Source: Bacteriovoracaceae bacterium (GTDB lineage: Bacteria; Bdellovibrionota; Bacteriovoracia; Bacteriovoracales; Bacteriovoracaceae). From it: 64,000 nucleotides of DNA. The notes under the pieces are model-generated. The model was not told where the DNA came from. It saw nothing but the letters and a program-made list of their open reading frames with translations, and searched no databases. A program made the position numbers and the translations under genes. The stretch covers positions 128,001-192,000 of the forward strand of contig JBLWTJ010000001.1 of NCBI GenBank assembly GCA_048270185.1, read 5' to 3'. Positions 39,245 through 49,527 of this stretch are shown here, piece by piece. How positions within the stretch are numbered: position 1 is the first letter of the stretch; each line of letters opens with the position of its first letter.

Positions 39245-39859
39245 ATGGAAATTTCAACAAAGGCCAAAGAATTTATTAAGGGAATTGATACAAGTAAGTT
39301 TGGTCAATATATTTCACCTTTATACTTCGATTCAAGCTTCATGAGTAGTGAAGAGAATGCAGTTGCAAAGAAGGCCCTAGTGTATAGTGCTCTTTCAATT
39401 GTTGCCAAAATCGGTTCACAAGGTCTTTTTAAGATAACTTTTAGAGAAGCAGAAAGCTTTCTGCGAGATGATCCAAGAGAGTCGGCCTGGCCAGGAGTAC
39501 TTGATCTAAAGAAGTGGTTTGAAACAATTTTCTTACAGATACAACGTGAGTACCTGGATAATTTATTAATGAACAATAAAGTCGAATTATGTAACTGGGA
39601 AGAGCTAACTCTGCGTCAAAGAATCGATCAAATGCAAATTATTGTTGAGAATATCAATTCTGCCCTTGATGAGTTGGCCATAGGAAATATTGCACTATTT
39701 AGTGTGGAAGAAAACGAAATAACTTTAGAGGATATGACACAGTTTGTAGGCCTTAGGCCTCTAAGTGCTAATGAAGTTAAAGAACTTGTATTTGAATGTT
39801 TGGCCAAGTATATAAACTTTAGTTGTCAAAGCAAGAGGATAAAATTAGTTGCGCAGTGA
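39245..39859 (+). CDS. Hypothetical protein (faint NifU-like resemblance)
   Basis: AAGGA RBS, 204 aa; no CxxC. Confidence 0.6.
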   Translation: MEISTKAKEFIKGIDTSKFGQYISPLYFDSSFMSSEENAVAKKALVYSALSIVAKIGSQGLFKITFREAESFLRDDPRESAWPGVLDLKKWFETIFLQIQREYLDNLLMNNKVELCNWEELTLRQRIDQMQIIVENINSALDELAIGNIALFSVEENEITLEDMTQFVGLRPLSANEVKELVFECLAKYINFSCQSKRIKLVAQ

Positions 39860-39957
39860 TTGTTAAGCAGTTAATATTATAGAGCTATACGATTAAGAAA
39901 ATTAAGAATTATAAATATCATACAAAATAACTAAAATATAAAGAAAGAGGAATAAAA

Positions 39958-40260
39958 ATGAAGTCTATCGCCCTAGCACTTATCACACTTGGCGTATTTT
40001 CAATGAGCAATGTTCAGGCTCAAAGCGTATCAAATGGTAAATCACTTTATGGTAAATGTGTACTTTGTCACGGTGCTGATGGGTTAGGTAAGAAGTCTCA
40101 AAATGCTCCTCGTTTAGCTGGTCAGTTTGACTGGTATATTTATTCATCACTTGTTCAATTTAAAAATGGTGAAAGAACAAACGCAGTTATGTTACCATAT
40201 ATCAAGAATCTGAAAGATTCAGATTTCAAAGATCTTGCAGCGTATATTTCTACTCTTTAA
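39958..40260 (+). CDS. Monoheme cytochrome c (c553/c4-like)
   Basis: Signal peptide, CVLCHG, PRLAGQ, axial Met in AVMLP. Confidence 0.93.
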   Translation: MKSIALALITLGVFSMSNVQAQSVSNGKSLYGKCVLCHGADGLGKKSQNAPRLAGQFDWYIYSSLVQFKNGERTNAVMLPYIKNLKDSDFKDLAAYISTL

Positions 40261-40306
40261 GGTCATAACAAAAGTTATATTAAAACTTATTTACTAGGAA
40301 GGAATC

Positions 40307-40768
40307 ATGGTAAAGGCCATTACATTAGGCGAGTTAAGTTTTGAGTCAGTTTCATCTCAAAAAAGTGTTAAAGACGTTTACGACTACAATGTCGAGGCTT
40401 TCTCTGATAGCCCTGATTTTAAGTGGACACTAGACGATATTAAGAAAGAGTTATCAGATGGATGGCAACTTTACTCTGTGAAGTTATCTAGTGAAATCAT
40501 CGCGGCCGCTTTCGTTAAGAAAGAAGGCGATAAGCTTCTTTGTAAGAATACATCAATTAAAATGCAACATAGTGGAAGTGGTTTTTCACATCGTATAATG
40601 GACTTCTTTGAGCAAGCAGCTCGTGAGTTTAAAGCGAAAGAAATTGTTCATTTTTGTTCAATTGATAATTTCAGACAATATTCTTTAAATGAAAGTCATG
40701 GTTATCAAAAGACTTCACGTCGACTTGGCAATAATGGCCATACGACTGAATGGATTAAACAACTTTAA
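40307..40768 (+). CDS. GNAT-family N-acetyltransferase
   Basis: QHSGSGFS motif A-like segment, N.....L.E..GY. Confidence 0.7.
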   Translation: MVKAITLGELSFESVSSQKSVKDVYDYNVEAFSDSPDFKWTLDDIKKELSDGWQLYSVKLSSEIIAAAFVKKEGDKLLCKNTSIKMQHSGSGFSHRIMDFFEQAAREFKAKEIVHFCSIDNFRQYSLNESHGYQKTSRRLGNNGHTTEWIKQL

Positions 40769-40774
40769 GTTTAT

Positions 40775-41275
40775 CTAATTTGATTCAACAGGATAAAATC
40801 TTGTTGTTAGGGGAGACTCGTAATGAGTCTTTCCCCAACTCTTTTCAATTCGTCCACTTTTGTTATCAACTAGAATTTTAAATGATCTTCTAAAGCCTTC
40901 TTTATTGTAGTTAACGGCGTAGATACTTTTCTCTGTTATTTTTAATCTCTTAAGTATTTTAAAATCACTTTGTGCTAGGGTTGGGACAGCACTTTTAACT
41001 TTATCAATTACTTTTATATCTTCTTTCGTTAATTGAATTGCAACTACCTTTGCTATATCATTTGATCCTTTTGTCGTCGGTGCCGAATGATTGGAAACTG
41101 AAGCAATATGTCTGTGATTATGTTTCTTTTGAACTGGCCTAAATTTCTTCTTAGGCGCATCTTCGCCCTGATGAATTTGATAGTCATGCTTCGCTGTGCT
41201 CTCTTGGGTTTGATATGAAGAAATAATAAATAAACCTGATATGAGAATACTTGCTACAACAATATACTTTTTCAT
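40775..41275 (-). CDS. Exported protein with a PepSY-like C-terminal segment
   Basis: N-terminal hydrophobic segment; YAVNY...ILVDNKSGRI resembles the PepSY Y.V....VDA.TG.I pattern. Confidence 0.5.
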   Translation of the reverse strand: MKKYIVVASILISGLFIISSYQTQESTAKHDYQIHQGEDAPKKKFRPVQKKHNHRHIASVSNHSAPTTKGSNDIAKVVAIQLTKEDIKVIDKVKSAVPTLAQSDFKILKRLKITEKSIYAVNYNKEGFRRSFKILVDNKSGRIEKSWGKTHYESPLTTRFYPVESN

Positions 41276-41286
41276 ATGGCCTGGCC

Positions 41287-43671
41287 CTATTGTTCAATTG
41301 TAAAGTTAATCGTTAAAATATTAAATGGTCTTTCTCCAGCATACTCAAAGTCTTTGTAGTCATCATAGTAAGTTTGAGCGTTACCGAATATACTTGTCGT
41401 TGTTGGTGTATTTAAGTCGTGATAACAATCTTCACAATTTGAGAAAGTCATTCTCAAACGACATGTTACTTCTGTTCCTAGTGGAAGGTTCTTATTAATT
41501 TCAAAGAACATAATATTTGAATCAGTAAATACTGGTGTACCTGATTCATCTGTTAGTGATTCTTGCCAATTAGATTTTGGTAACATGAAAGGAACATTTT
41601 GAGTGTTAGCACTTGGAATTGCTTTTACAAAGCAATTATTAAGTTCTTCTTGAGTGCGTGTCTCGCTGTGGCCAAGACAGTCTTTTTCAAGAAGTCCAAT
41701 ATCAGTTTTCATCTTCTTTAAGAATTCGTGTTGATTAAGAAGCTTAGAGCTTGTTCCATCATTATAAGTAAGCATACACACTGGCATGATACGTCCAGTA
41801 TCCTTATAGTTTGAAGCCGTTACAGCATCACAAACGCGTCCACCTTGAGAGATTGAAGGAAAATTATCACTTAAGTTAGAGCATGGTTTTCCTTCTTCCA
41901 TATGGGCCCAGTCTGAAGCAATAACACGTGCTCCGGCCATAATTGAATTTGAATTATTGTAGATATTTGCAAAGATACCTACAATTTCACCAGGTGAAAC
42001 CTTTCCGTTTCCATTATTGTATTGAGCATCGACGTTTACGACTTCGTCAAGATCCATATTATTGTTGATGGTCTGATAAATAGAGCTTCTAACGTCAAAG
42101 ACATTAATTGCACTATAAGCAGATCGAGTATCTTTCACTAATAAATTCTTATTAATTAATTCAGACTTTTTGCGATTAAGTTGATTAACTGGTTGGTTAA
42201 CAACAGATGTCAGTGAATTGTAGTCTGTATTATAACTTCTAAATAGAAGTAGTCCGTAAGAGTCAAGTAGTGCTTCAAGATCATTTTGTGTAAACTGATT
42301 TAATGAGCATATATTTTGTGTTGAAATTGTGATCTTGAAAATATTACGAGCAAGGGCCTGAGAAAATCTTCTAAAATTAATCGGGTTTACTGATTTAACC
42401 CATTCGGTTGCATAATCGATATCGAGATTAATTTGATTTGTATATGAATCTTTACCTTGAGCAGATAAGTCACCAAGCTCGGATAATGTCTCAGTAAGTG
42501 TATAAAAGACCAGCTTCTTTGCATTTTCTAAGTCACCTGTACAGCTTGTACTTAACTGTCTAGTTAGAGCAACAAGGAAGTGGCTAATGATTTGTCCATC
42601 AAGGTGAATATCGTCTTCTGCTTGAGAAGTTCCTGTCCAAATATTATACCCTAAGTAATCAGGGTAGCTTAGGCGTGAGTCTTCATCTGTAGAGATTCCT
42701 GAAATGTGTGAATCATCATCTTCAGAAATCGGACGTGAAGCTTGAGCAAATTTTCCTAAGGCCCATTCACCCATGTGAGTGCGGCCATTAACAAAGTAAG
42801 AAAAATAGTCTGCAATTCCTTCATTTAATGAATAGGCTTCGTCGTGTCCAAAGTATCCAAGACGACTTTCTTCAATACAGCTGGCACCACATGAAGACGC
42901 GTAGTAAGAACGGTTTCTTAAGTTAATTAAACGATCTACAATTGTATGCCCGAATTCATGATAAATTACAGATGGATCCTGTGCCATTTTTATATTCTTA
43001 TATCCTTGAAGATAACCAAGTGAAATAAGAAAATTTGTTGGATCAAACATGGCATTATTCTTAAGGGAAGAATCCGCAAGGACAACTAGCTTTGAGTTAC
43101 TTAGTTGTTTCCAGTAGCTTCCATATGTATTTGTCGTGAAAGGAACTGAAGTTGTGTAACCAATTGTAGAATTTGTTGCGTGAAGTGCGTCTGCATAGTT
43201 TTGCATAAAATCGAGATACTTATCTAAAATCTTTGAGACGTGATAGTAAGCATTAATTTGTAAGAACTCTGTGTCCGTTACAGGAAAGGCCCATTGTCTT
43301 TCTGGATTGTGAAAAGGGGAGATCCCTGCATCTTCAGTTACCTCAAGACAATCTCCGATTAAGCTACATGTCTTCGTTAGGTACTCGTGGCCAGTAATGT
43401 AGACAGGTGAACGAGTAATAAGAGTTGATAGATCTGTTGACTCCGTTGCCACATCACCACTAAGAACAGTAGGGTTTGCAGCTAGAACTCGGCCGTAATT
43501 AGCATTTACTGTATCCTTTGTATTTGCTAGTGCCGCTCCTGTTGAGCTATCTCTTGAAGATTGGGCCGGCTCGACGATACATGAAGTTGTAAGAAGCCCT
43601 AGTCCAAGAATACACACCATGGACTTCACTATATTTAATTTTTTTTGTGCTATACGTACCGCTTTATTCAA
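41287..43671 (-). CDS. Lipoprotein zinc metallopeptidase, thermolysin/fungalysin (M4/M36)-like
   Basis: Lipobox TTSC; NNAMF, VIYHEFGH, SLNEGIADYF, downstream DIH..G. Confidence 0.8.
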   Translation of the reverse strand: MNKAVRIAQKKLNIVKSMVCILGLGLLTTSCIVEPAQSSRDSSTGAALANTKDTVNANYGRVLAANPTVLSGDVATESTDLSTLITRSPVYITGHEYLTKTCSLIGDCLEVTEDAGISPFHNPERQWAFPVTDTEFLQINAYYHVSKILDKYLDFMQNYADALHATNSTIGYTTSVPFTTNTYGSYWKQLSNSKLVVLADSSLKNNAMFDPTNFLISLGYLQGYKNIKMAQDPSVIYHEFGHTIVDRLINLRNRSYYASSCGASCIEESRLGYFGHDEAYSLNEGIADYFSYFVNGRTHMGEWALGKFAQASRPISEDDDSHISGISTDEDSRLSYPDYLGYNIWTGTSQAEDDIHLDGQIISHFLVALTRQLSTSCTGDLENAKKLVFYTLTETLSELGDLSAQGKDSYTNQINLDIDYATEWVKSVNPINFRRFSQALARNIFKITISTQNICSLNQFTQNDLEALLDSYGLLLFRSYNTDYNSLTSVVNQPVNQLNRKKSELINKNLLVKDTRSAYSAINVFDVRSSIYQTINNNMDLDEVVNVDAQYNNGNGKVSPGEIVGIFANIYNNSNSIMAGARVIASDWAHMEEGKPCSNLSDNFPSISQGGRVCDAVTASNYKDTGRIMPVCMLTYNDGTSSKLLNQHEFLKKMKTDIGLLEKDCLGHSETRTQEELNNCFVKAIPSANTQNVPFMLPKSNWQESLTDESGTPVFTDSNIMFFEINKNLPLGTEVTCRLRMTFSNCEDCYHDLNTPTTTSIFGNAQTYYDDYKDFEYAGERPFNILTINFTIEQ

Positions 43672-43720
43672 CTAGGCCTCCTATGCCTCTTGTCTTAAAA
43701 TCATTTTTGCAACTGAAGGG

Positions 43721-46700
43721 TTATTGGATAATCCCATCAGAAGCGATATCGCGTTGGATCTTCTCCATTAGGCCAGGAATTAGGCCCTTAGATCCATATT
43801 GTGAGCCATTAATGGCCGCACATGCTGTTCCGTTATACTTTTCCCCAATATCATTCCACTTATCTTGGATACCAGGGTTTAATGCAATTCTTACTGTTGA
43901 AGCAGCTTCACTAATACCAAGGGCCGCAAGTGGATTCTTTTCGAAGTCTTTCTTTGCATCTTTTATACATTTGTCATAACTTTTTTGATAAGTTTCAACT
44001 AAGTTTATTTTTTCTGGATCACTTTCTGCGGCAGTTAGTTTTTCAGATTGTACCGTACAATTTGTATCCGCATACGACTGTGAACTCATATTGACTGCCT
44101 GACAGATAGACTTACCTGGATAAGTTCCACCAATATTGTCATTGGCCGAATTAATCGCAACATAGTTTGAGATATTAATTAGCTCCTGTGAGTTAAGCTC
44201 CTTGCTTATGTCTTCAGGAATATCACCATCTGGTTTCTCAAGGTACTTCTTAACTTTCTCTTTGATCTTAGTATCTGAAATAGCATCAAGAATATTAGTT
44301 CTAAGCTTTGTTAGAAGACCTTTTGTACTTCCTGAACTTGCACAAGTATTTTTAAAAAGCCTTGTCTTATCTTCTTCATCCATATCATTTGATAGGGTCC
44401 CTTCTTGATTTGCGCTTGCACAAAGGTTAGCGTAGTCATTAATTTGATCGTAGATATAAGTATTACTTCCGCCACCAAAGGATGCTGGTCCTCGTGATTG
44501 AGCTCTTAGTACTGAAGCGATTTCAACAGCGTCACCGTAGAGCTTTTCTGCTGAGTTTTCACCGTCACAACCTGGCCCTGGACCTTGTTCCTGTAATCCT
44601 CTTAGTTTCTGGCAGAATGCATACTGCTCATTTCTATTTTCCATTGCTTGTTCAGAAGCGACTTTGCGAGCTTCAGCTTTTGCCTTCTTTGCTTCAGCAA
44701 TTGCACTGTTACAGTCTGTAACAAATTTTTGCCATTTTGCAATTTCTGTTTCTTCTGCATTATTTTGTTCAGCAATTTTTTGTTGTAGATATTCTTTTTG
44801 TTTTCCAAACCAAGCGTCTAGGTTTCCTTTGAAATTTTCAACATTTCCATTCACTGCATTCATCATATCTGCCATGAAAGCAGCAGGATCTTTCTTAAGT
44901 AGAAGTCCTTTAGCTAGGTTTTCATCAGCAGGTTGATCCATATTGATCGTCTTATCAAATTGTAGACCTGTCATCGGGGGAACCCCAAGGGCAGTCACTT
45001 GTGAAGAAGTTAAATTTGGAAACATCTTCTTATATAGTCCATTTGCTACGGCCGTCATATCCATTTGAACTTGCGCAATCATCGCTTTTGCTGCATCTTC
45101 TGCTTTTTGCATTTCTGCATTATAAAGATCAGACTTTTGCTTTAGTTCATTTGTTTTGGCCGTCACCATATTTGCAGTGAATTCACTACATGTAGCTAAG
45201 TTTTCTGAACAAGCTGCAGCTTGAGTTACACAAAATGATTCAGAGCCTGTGTCATAAACACCACCGCTTTCACATTTATTAAGCTCAACTGATTGACCAT
45301 CACAATTATAGATTAGTTCATCAATCTCGGCCATGATACTACCTTGGCCGTCTGATGCGATTGTTCTTTTGGCAAGATCTTGTAATTCACTAGCTTCTTT
45401 TTTTAGCGCTTTTGCTTCTGAGCGGTAAGTTTCAAGTTTTGCAACATCACCGGCCGGCTTTAGGTCACCATTAAAGATGGCCGTACACTCATTCTTTAAA
45501 TCACTGTAGTAAGCAGAAACTGTTTTTGAAACACTTTTTCCTGAACTATTTGTAACAGTCATTCTGATATTATCATCTGCAATCGAGTTAACAGTACGAT
45601 CAAGAGAAGTGATTGAAGTTGGTGAGTTAAAAGCTTGTCCTGCAGCTCTTTGGAAGTTATCAAGAACGTCACCGTTACTTCCAAGTTTTACGTGGTTAAA
45701 TGATTTTAGAGAGGATTGAAGAGTCGTTGAGTAAGCAGCTGCATTACTTCCTGTCATACAATCGAGAATAAACTTCTCTCTAAATGAATCTTCAGACTTT
45801 GAAGCGAGACGGTCAACTTTAATCATAAAGCTTGGGTCATCAAATGCCGGAAGGTCTGCATCGCTTACACCAAGTGCCGTTAACATCTTCTTAACTTTTT
45901 GAAGTTTTGAAGTAGTATTCTGAGCCGCAAAAGTTCTTGCTTTTGAAAATAGGTTAGAAAATTTCGATCCTTTAAATAGATCTTCTCTTAAGGCCTGATC
46001 GTAACCACCAGAAGAAAGTCTTTGAGCTATTTTTCTCTTATCGGCTTCAATTTGATTTCTAATTGAAATGGCCGCATTTCCTCTAAAGTTCTTGGCCTTA
46101 CGATCATCTTCAGACATTTTGTCTTTTAGGCCAACAAGACCAGCGCTACCGATAATCTTATTCACATTATATGCTTCAACACATGAGGCAGGCATTAGCT
46201 TATTAAAATCTGTATTTTTAAAATCTTGACTAATGCTATCACCACCACCATTTAGTAGGGCGTTTAATTCTTTGATATTAATTAGATTCTTCTTTTGAGC
46301 ATCCGTTACTTTCTTTAAGTTGGCTTCATATGCGGCAATCATTTGTGCATACTTTGCTGTTGCAGCTAAGTATGTATCTTCGATTGATTTAAGTCCGTCT
46401 TCTAAACATTGAGCACCTTTGTGCTTATTTTTTCCAACTTCAACATACATATTAAGAACATTATTTCCTAGAGCAAGTGCTTGTTCCGGAATTCTAAGTT
46501 GACCTTGTACTGAACATGATCCGTTCGGTGCAAGAATTGCTTCTGGAGCAATTTGACAACCAAATGCAGGGAAGACATTTGGATAAGCCGTTTTGCTCTG
46601 AGCATCTTTTTGGGCCTTGTTAAACTCTTGCATGGCATAGATCTCTGTTTGTGAGATATTATTTCGTGCCTGCATTTGTTGAGACATTCCACTTACCGTA

Positions 46701-46894
46701 TTGAGTGCTCCAAGAATTGTTTTCATTCCTGAACTTGATGTTGCCTCGGCAAGTGAGCCTGCAAAAGCATTTAATGGTAGTGAAGAATGAATGAGTGTAA
46801 GAGCGAATACGCTGACTTTAACTTTTTTAAAAGAAGAAATATTCTCTTCTTTTCTTAAGTTCTTTTGCACTCTAGCTTTTGTTAACTTTTTCAC
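43721..46894 (-). CDS. Large secreted helical/coiled-coil protein with dispersed cysteines
   Basis: 1057 aa ORF, GTG start, extended signal peptide ending AFA-G. Confidence 0.75.
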   Translation of the reverse strand: MKKLTKARVQKNLRKEENISSFKKVKVSVFALTLIHSSLPLNAFAGSLAEATSSSGMKTILGALNTVSGMSQQMQARNNISQTEIYAMQEFNKAQKDAQSKTAYPNVFPAFGCQIAPEAILAPNGSCSVQGQLRIPEQALALGNNVLNMYVEVGKNKHKGAQCLEDGLKSIEDTYLAATAKYAQMIAAYEANLKKVTDAQKKNLINIKELNALLNGGGDSISQDFKNTDFNKLMPASCVEAYNVNKIIGSAGLVGLKDKMSEDDRKAKNFRGNAAISIRNQIEADKRKIAQRLSSGGYDQALREDLFKGSKFSNLFSKARTFAAQNTTSKLQKVKKMLTALGVSDADLPAFDDPSFMIKVDRLASKSEDSFREKFILDCMTGSNAAAYSTTLQSSLKSFNHVKLGSNGDVLDNFQRAAGQAFNSPTSITSLDRTVNSIADDNIRMTVTNSSGKSVSKTVSAYYSDLKNECTAIFNGDLKPAGDVAKLETYRSEAKALKKEASELQDLAKRTIASDGQGSIMAEIDELIYNCDGQSVELNKCESGGVYDTGSESFCVTQAAACSENLATCSEFTANMVTAKTNELKQKSDLYNAEMQKAEDAAKAMIAQVQMDMTAVANGLYKKMFPNLTSSQVTALGVPPMTGLQFDKTINMDQPADENLAKGLLLKKDPAAFMADMMNAVNGNVENFKGNLDAWFGKQKEYLQQKIAEQNNAEETEIAKWQKFVTDCNSAIAEAKKAKAEARKVASEQAMENRNEQYAFCQKLRGLQEQGPGPGCDGENSAEKLYGDAVEIASVLRAQSRGPASFGGGSNTYIYDQINDYANLCASANQEGTLSNDMDEEDKTRLFKNTCASSGSTKGLLTKLRTNILDAISDTKIKEKVKKYLEKPDGDIPEDISKELNSQELINISNYVAINSANDNIGGTYPGKSICQAVNMSSQSYADTNCTVQSEKLTAAESDPEKINLVETYQKSYDKCIKDAKKDFEKNPLAALGISEAASTVRIALNPGIQDKWNDIGEKYNGTACAAINGSQYGSKGLIPGLMEKIQRDIASDGIIQ

Positions 46895-46926
46895 TTTAGT
46901 TCCCCTGTCAATTCAATGCTTTATAC

Positions 46927-46953
46927 TTATCGACAATTTAGTAATTTTCTTTA
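46927..46953 (-). promoter_or_regulatory. sigma28 (FliA)-like promoter
   Basis: Minus strand TAAA-N15-GTCGATAA, 32 nt upstream of GTG 46894. Confidence 0.65.
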
Positions 46954-47134
46954 TTTTATTAAGGAAATCATTCCTGACCTAATAATTTGGTTAAATTTGG
47001 CAAAGTGGAGAAAATAACTCGTTGAATTTATGACTTTGAGGATGTGATTTCAGAGTGTTAAAATAAGTTAAGAATTCAAAAAATTGAAAATTTTAATGCC
47101 AATATTTGTGGCCAACTAACGATTATAGACGAAT

Positions 47135-48715
47135 ATGACTTTCACTTCCAACCGATATTTAAGGATTACGGCCACCATTATTGACCTATGTTTATGCCTT
47201 TTTATCAGTTACAACTTATTAAGTAGTAAGGTTATCCTCTCAATTAGTGATGTTCTATTTAGCGATCAAAATGCGACTTTATCAATAAAGCATATTCATG
47301 TTTATCTCATCACTTATTTCTTCTATTGTTTTTATTGTGGCCTATTCTTTAGCATAACACTCGGTCAAGCAGTATGTGGTATTCGTATACAGGCCGGAAG
47401 TTTTATTCAAAAACGACTGGGGGCGATAATGCGTCTTGCCCTCATGCCACTAAGAATACTTTTTGATATCTTTTCAACTGAAGTTGAATCTAGGTGGTCG
47501 TCAAAAATTTGCGCTTCAAGGATAGTCTACCAATCCAAAGTTATCTCTTACTTAATAGCGACAATAATATGCATCATTGCTATTGGGTTAACTCCATTTA
47601 GCGCATTAATGTATAAGCAACAATTTCTTTCCAGTCAGTATTTTGATTTCGGACTTAAAACATTTGTCGAAGGAGAAATAAGTGACTTTGAATCTTTTCA
47701 AGAAATTGGTGCCAAAACACTAGGCTTTTCTAGTTTTACAAACTTATCAGATGGAAGGTTTAGTATTAGGCCAAGTTTTGAAATTCGAAAGGTTGAATCT
47801 AAGACGATATATCGGCCACTAGTTTCCATATGGGATAAACACTTATCGCTTCGTGGAATATTTAAAATATCATCACGATTTGATTTATATTCGATTATCT
47901 CAAAAACCAGAAGTGAGCTTTTCTTTTTTGATCTCTATTACCCTAAGCTGAGTAAAACTCTTGATTTATATAAGAAAGACGATGGTGACATCTTCTATTT
48001 GGATGCAAGGTCTAGTCTTGAGCTTTTTGAATTAGTATCGAATGCTTTCTTAGTTAACTACAAGACAATACCTACATTATTATTGAAAGGTCATTTTCAA
48101 TTCTTGCCATATTTACAATTAAAGCTGGCCTTAGCTGACTTACTTCAAATAACAGATGATAATTATATCGACTTCATCAAAAGTGGAGAGATGATCTTTG
48201 TTCGTAAGAAAGATTATTCTGGTGAAAATATTATCTATCGTGAGACATTCTTTAGCCTTGGTCAACTCAAACCAATTGTCTACTCAAGTATGTGGGATCG
48301 AAATATTGACAATGATAAGGCGCAAAGTGATTTTGCTAACTCACTATTTTTCAAGGCCCGTTGGGGCAAAGAAGTTGATGATCGTTACCAAACATGGGTT
48401 AAAGAAGAATTACTCAACCCTCTTATTAGCTTCGATCTTATTCAGAGCACTGATCAATCAAAAGAGTATCGTCAGAAGTTTGAGAAATACATTGTTAAGT
48501 TCTATCTTGATGATGCACGAAATGCTTTAGAAAGTGGTGAAGGAGAGTATATTAACACTGTTCGCTCTAGTCTTCAGCGATTTAACCTGGTTTTTCAACT
48601 TGCTATGAAGAAAAATGAAACCTTCTATTCAAAGGCGACAATTAAATCTTTAAATGACATCTTACTTGCTCTAAAATTAAAAGATAAGAAATTATTAGAT
48701 AAAGTAAATAAGTAA
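47135..48715 (+). CDS. RDD-family membrane protein with a large C-terminal domain
   Basis: R..A.IID, TLGQAVCGIRI and R motifs of RDD in the first 130 aa. Confidence 0.7.
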   Translation: MTFTSNRYLRITATIIDLCLCLFISYNLLSSKVILSISDVLFSDQNATLSIKHIHVYLITYFFYCFYCGLFFSITLGQAVCGIRIQAGSFIQKRLGAIMRLALMPLRILFDIFSTEVESRWSSKICASRIVYQSKVISYLIATIICIIAIGLTPFSALMYKQQFLSSQYFDFGLKTFVEGEISDFESFQEIGAKTLGFSSFTNLSDGRFSIRPSFEIRKVESKTIYRPLVSIWDKHLSLRGIFKISSRFDLYSIISKTRSELFFFDLYYPKLSKTLDLYKKDDGDIFYLDARSSLELFELVSNAFLVNYKTIPTLLLKGHFQFLPYLQLKLALADLLQITDDNYIDFIKSGEMIFVRKKDYSGENIIYRETFFSLGQLKPIVYSSMWDRNIDNDKAQSDFANSLFFKARWGKEVDDRYQTWVKEELLNPLISFDLIQSTDQSKEYRQKFEKYIVKFYLDDARNALESGEGEYINTVRSSLQRFNLVFQLAMKKNETFYSKATIKSLNDILLALKLKDKKLLDKVNK

Positions 48716-48729
48716 AAACTAGGATTATT

Positions 48730-49527
48730 ATGACTCTATGGATGGCAATAGTTTACGGGATTATTCAAGGCCTAACAGAATTTCTACCTGTTTCAAGCTC
48801 TGGTCACCTGGCCCTGCTTCCATTCTTTTATGACTTTAAGGACCCAGGAATTTTCTTTGATCTGGCCATGCACGTCGGAACAGCTCTAGCTGTAGCCATT
48901 TACTTTCATAAAGAAGTACGTCGTATAGGAAAAAATGCAATCTTCTTTGTCATGCCTAATAAGAAATGTGATGATTTCACAAAGAACTTTATGATCGCGA
49001 CATTTTTTACAGGATTCTTTGCTCTACTGCTAAGGCCCGTGGCCGAGGAATATGGACGCAATGAAATCTTTATTGCTTTCAATCTTGCCTTCTTTGGTAT
49101 TCTACTATTTATCTCAGATCGCATTAGTCGAACAGATAAGACAATGGAGGGCTTTAGAGCTTCATCATCAATTGTCATTGGACTTTCTCAGGTTCTAGCA
49201 ATTTTCCCTGGGGTTTCACGCTCTGGGATTACAATTACAAGTGCACGCTTTCTCGGGCTTTCAAAAGAAGATGCTTCTTCTTTTTCATTTCTCTTGTCCC
49301 TTCCACTAATTTTTGCAGCATTCTTTTTAAAGAGTTACGGATTAATTTCTCACCCTAGTGAGATCAAGTTTGAGGTTCTAAATTGTATTGTTGGAGTTGT
49401 CGTCTCTTTTGGAGTTGGCCTTGCAACGATTCATTTCTTTATGAAGCTTATTCGTAAGATCCAATTTGGATACTTCTTAGTTTATCGCCTGATTCTAAGT
49501 GCTTTAGTCTTTTATCTTGTGAAGTGA
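48730..49527 (+). CDS. uppP: Undecaprenyl-diphosphate phosphatase
   Basis: QGLTEFLPVSSSGHL, PGVSRSGITI, FSFLLSLP. Confidence 0.96.
   Translation: MTLWMAIVYGIIQGLTEFLPVSSSGHLALLPFFYDFKDPGIFFDLAMHVGTALAVAIYFHKEVRRIGKNAIFFVMPNKKCDDFTKNFMIATFFTGFFALLLRPVAEEYGRNEIFIAFNLAFFGILLFISDRISRTDKTMEGFRASSSIVIGLSQVLAIFPGVSRSGITITSARFLGLSKEDASSFSFLLSLPLIFAAFFLKSYGLISHPSEIKFEVLNCIVGVVVSFGVGLATIHFFMKLIRKIQFGYFLVYRLILSALVFYLVK

Noticed and set aside
49504..49527. Convergent 24 nt overlap of uppP and oleD 3' ends
   Set aside because: Short tail-to-tail overlaps are common; no further signal
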